NCBI GenBank assembly: GCA_965240325.2
Contig: OZ251228.1
Span: forward strand, 1,674,001-1,738,000
DNA length: 64,000 nt
Direction of reading: 5' to 3'
Origin: Rebecca billardiae RCC1528
Lineage: Eukaryota; Protista; Haptophyta
The notes under the pieces are model-generated. The model worked only from the letters and a program-made list of their open reading frames with translations, made no database searches and had not been told where the DNA came from. The translations under genes were made by a program, and so were the position numbers. This document shows, piece after piece, positions 33,841-44,163 of the stretch (positions are counted from its first letter, which is position 1; every line of letters begins with the position of its first letter).

Positions 33841-34701
33841 TCAGCCGCGCGCACGCTTAGGCCGCTCGTGATCGCCCGTCAGCCGCTTCAGCCCGTGGTA
33901 CACGCCAAATTGCACCGCCGCGCCGGGAACGCTCTTGAGGCAGTACAGCCAGCAACCCCTGTACAGCCGATGCACGCCGCCCTCGCGCAAGAGCTCGCGC
34001 AACGCGTCCATGTAGCCCAGCGGGCGGGACTCGTACTGCAAGCGGCGTCGGATCGTGTCGTTCGGATAGAGCACCATACCCGCGACGAGGCTCGCGAGCG
34101 TCCCGTTCAGCGCGGGGGCCAGCCAGTGATCGGACGAGCGGTCGCGCAGCCAGCCGTACGTCCCGAATCGCGTCCCTTCAAAGGCGACCGCGCCGAGCAG
34201 CGTGGCGTGCACGCCGCGGAAGAGCGCGAGCGCGCCGCCCTCGCGCATAATCGACCGAGCCGTCGCGATGATGGACACGCCCGCCGCGCTGACGCTCCCC
34301 GCCGCCCGCGTGCGCAGCAGGTCAAGGGGATACGTGGCGAGTGTTGCGCCCACACCCGCGACTGAGCCTGCGAGGAAGTCATTGCCGAGGATGACGCGCA
34401 GCCCGTCCTGCGAGGAGAAGAGGATGGCCTTGGATGCCGCCGCCCGCGCGACGGACAGGCCATTGCCGCGCCACATCCCAAGCCACCCCTCGCGCGCCAG
34501 CACGGCGCGCGCCCCATCGGCACTGCTCAGCTCGGGCGAAGTCGTTTGAGCGATCAGGCGCACGCGTTCAAGCGGTGAGACGACCGTCTTCGACACGGCG
34601 CCAGCGATCGCGCCATTCAGGACGCGCTGCAGGTGGCGCGTGCGCTGGCTCGGCGGCTTGGTGGACGCTTCACTTGCGTCGGCGACGGGCGACGTCGCCA
34701 T
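33841..34701 (-). CDS. Mitochondrial carrier (SLC25) protein
   Basis: Three PxD/ExxR repeats (PLERVR, PLDLLRTR, PNDTIRRR), each followed by an EG...RG motif. Confidence 0.92.
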   Translation of the reverse strand: MATSPVADASEASTKPPSQRTRHLQRVLNGAIAGAVSKTVVSPLERVRLIAQTTSPELSSADGARAVLAREGWLGMWRGNGLSVARAAASKAILFSSQDGLRVILGNDFLAGSVAGVGATLATYPLDLLRTRAAGSVSAAGVSIIATARSIMREGGALALFRGVHATLLGAVAFEGTRFGTYGWLRDRSSDHWLAPALNGTLASLVAGMVLYPNDTIRRRLQYESRPLGYMDALRELLREGGVHRLYRGCWLYCLKSVPGAAVQFGVYHGLKRLTGDHERPKRARG

Positions 34702-34880
34702 CGTCGGGCCGCGGGCGGCGATTCTCAAGCGAGCCCGTCGTCGGCAGCGGAAAAGCCGACGAACTTGACCAGTTTACTACCCCCATACTTTATTAATAAA
34801 TTTACTGTGTGCGATGAAGCAAGGATGAAGGATGGCGCGCGCGCGGCAACCGTCCGGAAACCTGCTCACCACCGTGAGCC

Positions 34881-35957
34881 CAAGGGTGGTCAGGGTCGCC
34901 GACTCCAGCGGAGGCCGGCGCCGGAGCTTCGCTTCCGATTTTTTGCAGCGGCGCGGCGCGCGGGGCCGCCGCCGCTGTGGCGGGCCGCTCGGGGCGTGCA
35001 CGGCGTGGGCTCGTGCGGCCGCTGCCGCGCACGCCGAGCGATCCGGCGCGGGCTCGCGGCTTGTCGATGGCCTCGCGCGCCGCAGCGCGACGCGCGCCTT
35101 GCCTAGCTTCGCCTGTCTCGCGCCTTGGCCGCCGTGCACGCGTGCGCCGCCAAACCGCAAGCTCGGCGTACCTCTCAGCCGAGCGTGCACGTGCCTTGCG
35201 CGACGCGACGCGGGCATTGCCGCCAGGCGATGTAGGCGTAGTGCGAGCGCGCGCCGTGAAGCCTCGGCGCGGATCGAGAACAATGAAATGATGCCGCGTA
35301 CGCGCGTGGACCGTCTGTTCGTTGAGCAGTGCTGAAAGCTGCACGACTGACTCTCTTGCCGGGGCGATCGTCACGTCGCATCGTCACGCAAGGCTCACAC
35401 ACACGTCATAGTGGCGTTCATCGTTTTGGCTACAACGCTCGACTAGTCTTCACGAGTCGCAGCGTCGCGATAGCCCATCGTTCAACGGAGGACCGTGATG
35501 TCCATTGGTGGTTGATGCGTCAGCAGTTGTCGACAGCTGACCGAGACGTTGAAGACACTCTCGATCCGCGCCGAGGCTTCACGGCGCGCGCTCGCACTAC
35601 GCCTACATCGCCTGGCGGCAATGCCCGCGTCGCGTCGCGCAAGGCACGTGCACGCTCGGCTGAGAGGTATGCCGAGCTTGCGGTTTGGCGGCGCACGCGT
35701 GCACGGCGGCCAAGGCGCGAGACAGGCGAAGCTAGGCAAGGCGCGCGTCGCGCTGCGGCGCGCGAGGCCATCGACAAGCCGCGAGCCCGCGCCGGATCGC
35801 TCGGCGTGCGCGGCAGCGGCCGCACGAGCCCACGCCGTGCACGCCCCGAGCGGCCCGCCACAGCGGCGGCGGCCCCGCGCGCCGCGCCGCTGCAAAAAAT
35901 CGGAAGCGAAGCTCCGGCGCCGGCCTCCGCTGGAGTCGGCGACCCTGACCACCCTTG
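34881..35957. mobile_element. Foldback-type non-autonomous DNA transposon (P-element-like ends)
   Basis: 399-bp inverted arms 34881-35279 / 35559-35957 (one mismatch seen, at 35168), 279-bp loop, CAAGGG...CCCTTG termini, exact 7-bp TSD GTGAGCC. Confidence 0.9.
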
Positions 35958-35971
35958 GTGAGCCTTGAGTT

Positions 35972-37693
35972 ATGGATATTGCCGAGACGAATCTTTCGCG
36001 CGGCGGGGATGTGATGGAGGCCGCCGGAGTTGCGCCCGGTCCAACGGTGGTTGGGGATGGGCCGAGAGCGTCCGGCCGCCGCAAGCAGTTTGCGGTACTC
36101 ATCGTGTTCATCGTCGTAGTGGCTCCGGTCGTGACGCTCATCCTGGGCTTCATCTTTGGCGCCATCCTCGCTGCGATGGAGGGCTGGCCGTGGTGGACTG
36201 GCGTGCTGTACGTCCTCTCCAACCTGACCGGCCTGGGCAACCCGCTGACGAGCGCGATGCCCGTGACGCTGCCCGGCGTGGTCGCGGACATCATCCTCGC
36301 CGCATGGGCCCTCGGCATCCTCGGCACGGTGATCGGCTGCGTGGCCAACGTGAGCTTCACCTCCACGGTGATCGACGCGATGGAGAGCGTGGGCTCGCGC
36401 GAGCCGCAGGGCCAGCCGTCGCTCGCGTCGCAGGCGATGGCGTTCGTCTCCTTCGCGCTCGTTGTCATCCCGGTGGTGCTCTGCGGCATCGGCGCGCTCT
36501 TCGGCCTCATGCTCGCCGCAGGCGAGGGCTGGGAGCTCTCGGACGGCGTGCTATACGTCGTCGGGAATATTGTGACACTCGCAAACCCGCTCGTGAGTAA
36601 CTCGCCCACCACGGTCAGCGGCGAGGTGTTCGACCTGGTCGTCTCGCTGTGGGCGCTCGCGCTGTCCGGCGCGGCGCTAGGCGTGGTGGGCTCGTTCTCC
36701 CTCCCGAACACGCTGACGGGCGCCATCGAGGAGCAGATGCTCGCCGGGAAGCTGGGCGCGCTGGGCGGGCAGGCGGAGGCCAACCTGCGCGCCGAGGCGG
36801 GCGCTGGCGGGAGCGGCCTGAGCGTCGAGGAGATGTTCGCCATGCTGCAGCACGAGGGCCTGGTCAGCAGCGAGGAGCAGTGCAGGCGGCTCTTCGTGCT
36901 CTTCGACGCCGACGGCTCCGGCTCGATCGACTCGCTCGAGGTCGAGCGGCTCGTCGAATGCCTCCACATCGTGAGCATGGGCGCGCACGCGCCGCAGCAC
37001 GGCGAGCGCGCGGCTGGTGGCGCGCTCGTGCCCAGCGGGCGCGCCGGAGCGGATCTCGACGCCAAGCTGGATGCAATCATGGGTGAGCTGGCCGCGGTGC
37101 GGCACCAGCTGGACACGCCGTCGTCCGCGTGCGCGAGTGCCCGAGCGGTCACGCCGCAGCCGTCATCGGGAGCCAAGCACGCTGGCATCGCCGATTCGCC
37201 GATGGCCATCTCGGAGGTGGTCAAGCAGCTCGAGATGCGCAGGCTCAGAGAGCGCGCACGCGCGCTCGGGATGGCCCCCGGGGCGGATGGGTCGACGGGG
37301 ACGCACGCGGTGGCGCCCGCGGGCCAGACGACGCCATTCGCTCCACGGTACGTCCACTTCGGCCCGGGCGCTGCTGCTGATCGGCCGGCCATGTCCTGCT
37401 CGACAGCTCCTGGGGCTGGCGTACTGGAAACGTACTCCTACTTGGGAGCTGTGCGCATGCGAGGTGGCGTGCCCGGCGCCGCCAGCGAAGGGGTGGCGGC
37501 GGCGTCGACGCCGCTCAGCTCCTCCTCCCTCGCCGGCAGCCAGTACGCGGCTTCTCGCATCGGCAGCCACCACGATGCGTGCGGGGCCGTCTACAGGCCA
37601 GCAGACGTACGAGAAGCCGCACCGGCACCCGGCGACGAGCCTGCTAACACGACAACTTCGCGGCGGTGGGAGGGCGCGGCCCGCAGAGTCTGA
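35972..37693 (+). CDS. Two-pore-domain (4TM/2P) ion-channel-like protein with EF-hand and non-canonical filter
   Basis: Two TM-EGW-pore helix-PxT-TM repeats; EF-hand loop DADGSGSIDSLE. Confidence 0.75.
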   Translation: MDIAETNLSRGGDVMEAAGVAPGPTVVGDGPRASGRRKQFAVLIVFIVVVAPVVTLILGFIFGAILAAMEGWPWWTGVLYVLSNLTGLGNPLTSAMPVTLPGVVADIILAAWALGILGTVIGCVANVSFTSTVIDAMESVGSREPQGQPSLASQAMAFVSFALVVIPVVLCGIGALFGLMLAAGEGWELSDGVLYVVGNIVTLANPLVSNSPTTVSGEVFDLVVSLWALALSGAALGVVGSFSLPNTLTGAIEEQMLAGKLGALGGQAEANLRAEAGAGGSGLSVEEMFAMLQHEGLVSSEEQCRRLFVLFDADGSGSIDSLEVERLVECLHIVSMGAHAPQHGERAAGGALVPSGRAGADLDAKLDAIMGELAAVRHQLDTPSSACASARAVTPQPSSGAKHAGIADSPMAISEVVKQLEMRRLRERARALGMAPGADGSTGTHAVAPAGQTTPFAPRYVHFGPGAAADRPAMSCSTAPGAGVLETYSYLGAVRMRGGVPGAASEGVAAASTPLSSSSLAGSQYAASRIGSHHDACGAVYRPADVREAAPAPGDEPANTTTSRRWEGAARRV

Positions 37694-38010
37694 CGGGGAG
37701 CGCGGCCAGGCGGGACGACCGGGTGTGCGATACGGCATCAGTCGTGCCATATCGGATAATGCTGCCAGCAGGCAGCCCACGGTGCTGCACGCGGCCTCCG
37801 CCCTCCGCTCACGCTGGGAGTCCTGGAGGCTGGACCTGGGCCTCAGACGGCCCTCCGGGTACCGCGGGTAGTACCGCCTACCGTCACTCGGGCGACCGAG
37901 TACCGCGCCGGGGTATTCATCGGGCGCGGGTATCCGCGCAGGCTGCTGCGGCACACGATGTATATTATTACGATATATGTTGGCGGAGAGAGAGAGAGAG
38001 CAGCTACATA

Positions 38011-38788
38011 CAGGGGTCTCAACAATTAGCTGTATCTCTGTTTGTGCCGCTGGACAGGCATGTGAGCACTTGATTGCCTGGCTAGATGTGGTCTAGCACA
38101 GCCCACTCCCTGGCCATTCTGACGAGTGGGTGGCTGCTTGGCCAGCTCTCCATGCTGGGCTGTGGTGCCATCCAGAGTGCGCATGTGCAGCAGCCCAGGT
38201 GGGTGCAGCGAGGGGTGCGGCAGGCAGCAGTGGGTGGTCAGCTTGAAAATCCATGCAGGCCAGCCACCAGCAGCTAGGCTGCAGAGCTCTTGGCTGCACC
38301 AGCCCCACTCCAGCCCCCTCAAGTCGGGTGGCTGGCCACCCTCGGGGTGTGTCAGCGGGTGCTGCTGCTGGCCTCCCAGTGCAGGGGAGCTGACCCGACA
38401 GGTCCTTTCGCAGGTGGGGGCGCGGGATTGGGCACTGTGCCACTGCAGCTGCATCCCATGAGCTCCCCCCCATGTGGCATGCAGCCCTCCCTAGGGGGTA
38501 CCAGATCCACTGCCAAGCACAATTTAGGCCTGGTCTGTGTGGGCACACTGCCCGCGACCAGTGACGACAAGCCTGCGGCAGGATCTGGCCAGCTGCGACA
38601 GGCTGTACGCCTGCAGCCGTGTGACCTGCTGGTGTGCCCAACTCCAGCCCACGCGCGCTGGGGCTGACGCGCTGGGTCGAAACCGTCGTGCACGGGCCGT
38701 GGGGGCCGCCTGGATCAGCCCAGGGGGGCAGGGTGAGCAGTGGCGTGCAGCTCAGTCAGAATGTGACAATTAATTGTTGAGACCCCTG
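38011..38788. mobile_element. Tc1/mariner-type MITE, copy 1 (778 bp)
   Basis: 18-bp TIR CAGGGGTCTCAACAATTA (38011-38028 / 38771-38788). Confidence 0.9.
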
Positions 38789-39616
38789 TGCCAGTAGAAC
38801 AGACCAGGCATGGATAGGCACCATGGCTTTGTGGGTGATCCGCCACCATGTTGGTAGGACGGAATGCAAGCCTACTTTCGTGCAAGAAGACCTAGATCTT
38901 CTGCAGCACACTGCTTTGGTTTGTTCAAGTGATTACTCTCACGGTTGGTGTGAGAGGGCTACGGCAGGGGTGATTCTGCCCCTGGGAAGGCAGGGGGCAG
39001 GGCCTGGCAGTCCTACAATGCCCAGTTGGGACCATGAGTCCCTGCAGCGCGCTTATTCGAGCACGGATTCATCTGCCAGGGCTGGTACAGCCATGCCTGC
39101 CAGCACCACCCGAGTGCGGCTGCCATCGCAGGGTTCCATGCGGCGGCTAACTTTGACAGCTCAGTGCTGGCGGCTGGGTCGCGCCCGAATCAAGCTCAAA
39201 GTCTCGATGATTCCGATAGGCGTCGGGTCGCCTTCCGAAGCAGCTTCCGGCGGCGTGATGCGTTCGCTCGGCGGCGACTCGGCCCCGGATTCGCGGCGGG
39301 CAAACGCAAACAGTTTGGCCGGCCGCTACCATGCAACCCCGAAAGGTGGGCGGCCACTGGCGGGCGCAACTCGCGCGATGGTGAAGCCCACGCTCATTAC
39401 GTGCCTGATGGTGGCCAAGCCAGGTATCAAGAAGAGGAGGCACCTTGATCAGCCCGTGACGGTGCTCATAAGCACCAGCTGGCCCTGGCCAGTACACCCC
39501 ATATGAGGCCAAGGCCATCATCACCTACCTCATGCAGATGCAGGTGTCCACCCCAAAGATGTTGGCACCAAGTTCGGCTTCACCGCCCTGCAATGCAGGG
39601 CGTGGCACAAGAAGCA

Positions 39617-40360
39617 GGCCTGACGTGTCGTACGCGACCCGTGCGGGCCGCCCAGGCCGAACGGCAGCCCCTGCTCCATCGCCTAGCCCGAGCCCAGCCC
39701 CAGGTGCTACGTCTGCCCTGCGGCCAGTGGGCGCCAGTGGGGTGGCCCACGACTGGCTGTGCAGCGCTATGAGCGGTGCCAGACCAGCTAGATGATGGGC
39801 AGGATCGGGCCTGGCGTGTCGTACGCGACCCGTACGGGCCGCCTGGGCCGAACGGCAGCCCCGGTTTCATCACCTAGCCCGAGCCCAGATGCTACGTCTG
39901 CCCTGCGGCCAGTGGTGGCCAGTGCCGACTCAGTGCGGGTGGCCCACGACTGGCTGTGCAGCCGCTATGAGCGGTGCCAGACCAGCTAGATGATGGGCAG
40001 GATCGGGCCTGGCGTGTCGTACGCGACCCGTACGGGCCGCCTGGGCCGAACGGCAGCCCCGGTTTCATCACCTAGCCCGAGCCCAGATGCTACGTCTGCC
40101 CTGCGGCCAGTGGGCACCAGTGCGGGTGGCCCACGACTGGCTGTGCAGCCGCTATGAGCGGTGCCAGACCAGCTAGATGATGGGCAGGATCGGGCCTGGC
40201 GTGTCGTACGCGACCCGTACGGGCCGCCTGGGCCGAACGGCAGCCCCGGTTTCATCACCTAGCCCGAGCCCAGATGCTACGTCTGCCCTGCGGCCAGTGG
40301 GCACCAGTGCGGGTGGCCCACGACTGGCTGTGCAGCCGCTATGAGCGGTGCCAGACCAGC
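39617..40360. repeat. Tandem array of ~4 units of ~187-198 bp inside the cargo
   Basis: The anchor CTAGATGATGGGCAGG recurs at 39788, 39986 and 40173; GTGTCGTACGCGACCCG recurs four times. Confidence 0.92.
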
Positions 40361-40509
40361 GAGGTTGCCGGTCAGATCGAGCTGGGCTGGTCCCTAGTGG
40401 CATCTTTCACAGGTCTGGCGTGACATGCGCAGCTGCTCTTGCTCATAAGAGCCATTGTCGGGCTCCTGCTGAGCCTGGGTGATGATGTGCAAGTGCATCC
40501 GACCCCGCA

Positions 40510-41287
40510 CAGGGGTCTCAACAATTAGCTGTATCTCTGTTTGTGCCGCTGGACAGGCATGTGAGCACTTGATTGCCTGGCTAGATGTGGTCTAGCACAG
40601 CCCACTCCCTGGCCATTCTGACGAGTGGGTGGCTGCTTGGCCAGCTCTCCATGCTGGGCTGTGGTGCCATCCAGAGTGCGCATGTGCAGCAGCCCAGGTG
40701 GGTGCAGCGAGGGGTGCGGCAGGCAGCAGTGGGTGGTCAGCTTGAAAATCCATGCAGGCCAGCCACCAGCAGCTAGGCTGCAGAGCTCTTGGCTGCACCA
40801 GCCCCACTCCAGCCCCCTCAAGTCGGGTGGCTGGCCACCCTCGGGGTGTGTCAGCGGGTGCTGCTGCTGGCCTCCCAGTGCAGGGGAGCTGACCCGACAG
40901 GTCCTTTCGCAGGTGGGGGCGCGGGATTGGGCACTGTGCCACTGCAGCTGCATCCCATGAGCTCCCCCCCATGTGGCATGCAGCCCTCCCTAGGGGGTAC
41001 CAGATCCACTGCCAAGCACAATTTAGGCCTGGTCTGTGTGGGCACACTGCCCGCGACCAGTGACGACAAGCCTGCGGCAGGATCTGGCCAGCTGCGACAG
41101 GCTGTACGCCTGCAGCCGTGTGACCTGCTGGTGTGCCCAACTCCAGCCCACGCGCGCTGGGGCTGACGCGCTGGGTCGAAACCGTCGTGCACGGGCCGTG
41201 GGGGCCGCCTGGATCAGCCCAGGGGGGCAGGGTGAGCAGTGGCGTGCAGCTCAGTCAGAATGTGACAATTAATTGTTGAGACCCCTG
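40510..41287. mobile_element. Tc1/mariner-type MITE, copy 2 (778 bp)
   Basis: Same TIRs as copy 1; every ORF-track translation of copy 1 recurs identically at +2499. Confidence 0.9.
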
Positions 41288-41850
41288 TAGAGCCTAGACG
41301 CGGAGAGAGAGCTGAGCGGTCGTCGTCGAGCGTCGGGTCTTGCAGTCTGACTCTGAGACCGGACTCCGGAGTTTCGTCTCAGAGCAGTATAGTCACGACA
41401 TCCGCCGAGTGATCATCACCGCATCACGGTCTTTTTATTCATCAGGCGGAATGGCGGATGATATAGTAATTAGCGCAGTATTAGTAACGACTCACTATAA
41501 CGAGGCTATATACTTATATACGTATGACGCCATTTGCTGCATACTAGTATAGCGACATCATCGTGGCATTAGGCGACTTCGTCAAAAGTTGCTGAAATCA
41601 GGTGTAAGCCGTCGGCGCGGCGTGCGTGCGCCGCGTGTCCGGGAGTCCCACCATACGGGCGGGCATACGGCTAGTTACTGCCAGGAGCTACCGGCCGAGG
41701 CTTCCATGTTGCCACCTCACCTGGCACTTGAAGGCGGCCATTTGGCATGCCCGGTGTGCACCTCGCTCGGCTGGCGATGGCCAGGGGGAGAGCACGCCCG
41801 CTTCCCGCAGGGATATACGGCTGCTGCCGTGCTGCGTGCCCCGCGCGCGC

Positions 41851-42240
41851 TCAGTCGTTGATCACCAGCCAGAACAGGACAACGAGCACGACTGTGAGGA
41901 AGCATATGGTGCAGTACTTGCCCCTATCCGAGTCATTCGCGAGATCCTTGAGCCTTTTCTGCAACACGGACAAGCGCGACTCTGTACGGTCGATGTGCTC
42001 GTCGATGTCTTGGATCATGCGGTTCTGCGTGCTCAGCTCGTCGTTGATGTCGAGCGCCATCTGCCCCATGCGCGTGATTCCCCCCTGGAGCGACTGCAGC
42101 GTCTCATTCTGCTCCTGCAGCAGCAGCTGTTGCTTCTCCCCTTCGCTGAGGTAGTAGGATTCATCCTCGTCGTCGTCATCCGAGAATGGCTTGCGGCCCT
42201 TGCGGTTTGCGGCGCCGCGGCTGCCGGGAGTGGTGTCCAT
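41851..42240 (-). CDS. Qc-type SNARE (syntaxin-8/SYP5-6-like), short form
   Basis: SNARE heptads EQNETLQSL...INDELSTQNRMIQDIDEHID with central Q and a C-terminal TM anchor. Confidence 0.85.
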   Translation of the reverse strand: MDTTPGSRGAANRKGRKPFSDDDDEDESYYLSEGEKQQLLLQEQNETLQSLQGGITRMGQMALDINDELSTQNRMIQDIDEHIDRTESRLSVLQKRLKDLANDSDRGKYCTICFLTVVLVVLFWLVIND

Positions 42241-42342
42241 CTTGGAATCGCGCTCCGATATTTTCGCGCCCCGTTTGATTTCCCGATGATGAACGACAAA
42301 ATGGGGGCCTGCATCGGCACGTCATCGCAGGACGGGGAAACG

Positions 42343-43600
42343 ATGGCGAGCCTGCGCGACACGATCGAGAAATTGATTCGGGGCGAGGCGCTGAGCCTTG
42401 CCGAAGCGCAGGCGGCCGTGGAGGCAGTGATCGCAGGCGCGGACCCCCACCAGGTCGCCGCCTTCCTCGTGCTTCTCCGGGCGAAGGGCGAGACCCCGCA
42501 GGAAGTAGCGGGCATGGCGATGGCGATGCGCAAGCACATGGTGCCGGTGCCGCTCGCGGGGACAACCATCGATATCGTGGGCACGGGGGGAGACGGTGCG
42601 AACACGCTTAACTTCTCCACCGCGGCCAGCATCGTCACAGCCAGCTGCGGGGTGCGTGTGGCCAAGGTGTGCGCGCGGCGCGCCATCCGCCCGCAACTCG
42701 CGCGCGTGACGCGAGGCCGCCACTGCACGCCATCTGACACCTGCGCTTCGCGTGCGCGCCGCGCGGTTTCCGGGCGTGGGCGGCGCACGCAGCACGGGAA
42801 CCGGTCGGTCTCGAGCAAGAGCGGCTCCGCGGACGTGCTCCAGGCGCTGGGCGTCAAGCTCGATCTCGCACCCGAGCAGGTGGTGAGCTGCATGGACGCG
42901 GCAGGTATCGCATTCATGTTCGCGCCGATGTTCCATCCGGCGATGAAGGCGATCATGCCGGTGCGCAAGGCGCTCGCCGTGCGGACCGTCTTCAACATCC
43001 TTGGCCCGCTGCTCAACCCCGCCAGCACGAGCCGGCTGCTCATCGGCGTGTACTCGGAGCCGCTGGTCTCGCTGATGGCGCACGCACTGCATGAGCTCAA
43101 GGTCGAGCGTGCGATGGTGCTGCACTGCGGCGGGCTGGACGAGCTCGCGCCGACGGCGACGGCGGTCGCGGCGGAGGTGAGCCCGGCGGGCGTGACGTTC
43201 ACCACCATCGATCCGCTGGAGCTCGGCTTCAAGCGCTGCACCGTCGACGACCTCAAGGGCGGTGACGCCGAGGAGAACGCCAAACTGCTTCGCGAGGTCA
43301 TTAGCGGCAAGAAGCCTGGCCCCCTGCAGGTGCTGCGCGCGCTGGCCGAGGCGCGCCGCGCCCGGTTCGACCGCGCGTGGCGACGCTCACGGCCGCGGGC
43401 CGCGCGCTCCGCGCATGGCGTCGCCCTGCGCGTGGCGTTTGCAGGATACGGTGGCGCTGAACGCCGGCACCGCGCTCTACATCGCGGGGGCCGCGACATC
43501 CATCCAGCAGGGCTGCGAGATGGCCATCGCTTCGATGAAGCAGGGTAAGCCACTCGAGACGCTCGACAGGTGGGCGGAGGCGTGCACCAAGTTTGCGTGA
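42343..43600 (+). CDS. trpD: Anthranilate phosphoribosyltransferase; introns 42667-42792 and 43330-43444
   Basis: DIVGTGGDG, NFSTAAS, VAK/HGNRSVSSKSGSADVL, RTVFNILGPLLNP, GLDEL, D/TVALNAG. Confidence 0.95.
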
Positions 43601-44163
43601 GACGCGCGCCGGCGCACCGGCGGCAACGATGATGATGGTAGGGACTCTCAGCAAGTGCCTTCCCCTAGCGGTGGCTATGCGCGGCGCCTGGGCGCGACGC
43701 GCAGTCCGGACCCATGGTGTGACCGGGGTGGTCGCAGGTCGGGACGCGGTTGACGTGCGCGGAGCGGCTGCGGCCGCGCCCCGCCCCGCGCCCGGCGGCC
43801 GCCGGCCCGCGGCCGTGCGGTACGGGTAGTTATGCGGCTCCCGGCGACCATGATGGCAGTCGATATTCAGCCAAGCTCGAGCATATCTTGAGCACATGCT
43901 CCGCCATGCAACAGATGACGCCGCGAAGTTGCGCCAACCCTTGAATGGCAATGACAAGGCGCAGTAGTGAGTCGCCGGCCCGCGCAGCAGCTGATAGAGA
44001 CTGATCATGACTCTGTCTCTGAGGGTGCTAAGGCGGATCCAGTCCGGGCGCGGAGAGCCCGGACCGCAGCACGGCGAGTGGCTTGAGATTGGCGACCGTT
44101 GGCCGCGCGCCGCCCGCTCGCCCCCCCCCCGTTGCGCACTCGCCGACTCGAGCCACGGGATCG

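Larger units (their letters stand above)
38011..41287. mobile_element. Composite-transposon-like unit: MITE, 1721-bp cargo, MITE
   Basis: Two direct 778-bp copies offset by 2499 bp; TA immediately outside both outer ends; TG and CA at the inner ends. Confidence 0.75.

Noticed and set aside
38011-41287. LTR retrotransposon/TRIM or retrozyme
   Set aside because: The direct repeats begin CAG and end CTG with their own TIRs and TA flanks. I saw no 4-6-bp TSD, PBS or PPT. CTGACGAG (38119) and CTGACGCG...CGAAAC (~38665-38685) do not complete a hammerhead core.
41626-43548. 640-aa TrpD with long N-terminal extension
   Set aside because: The extension is antisense to the SNARE gene, and the ORF reads through introns.
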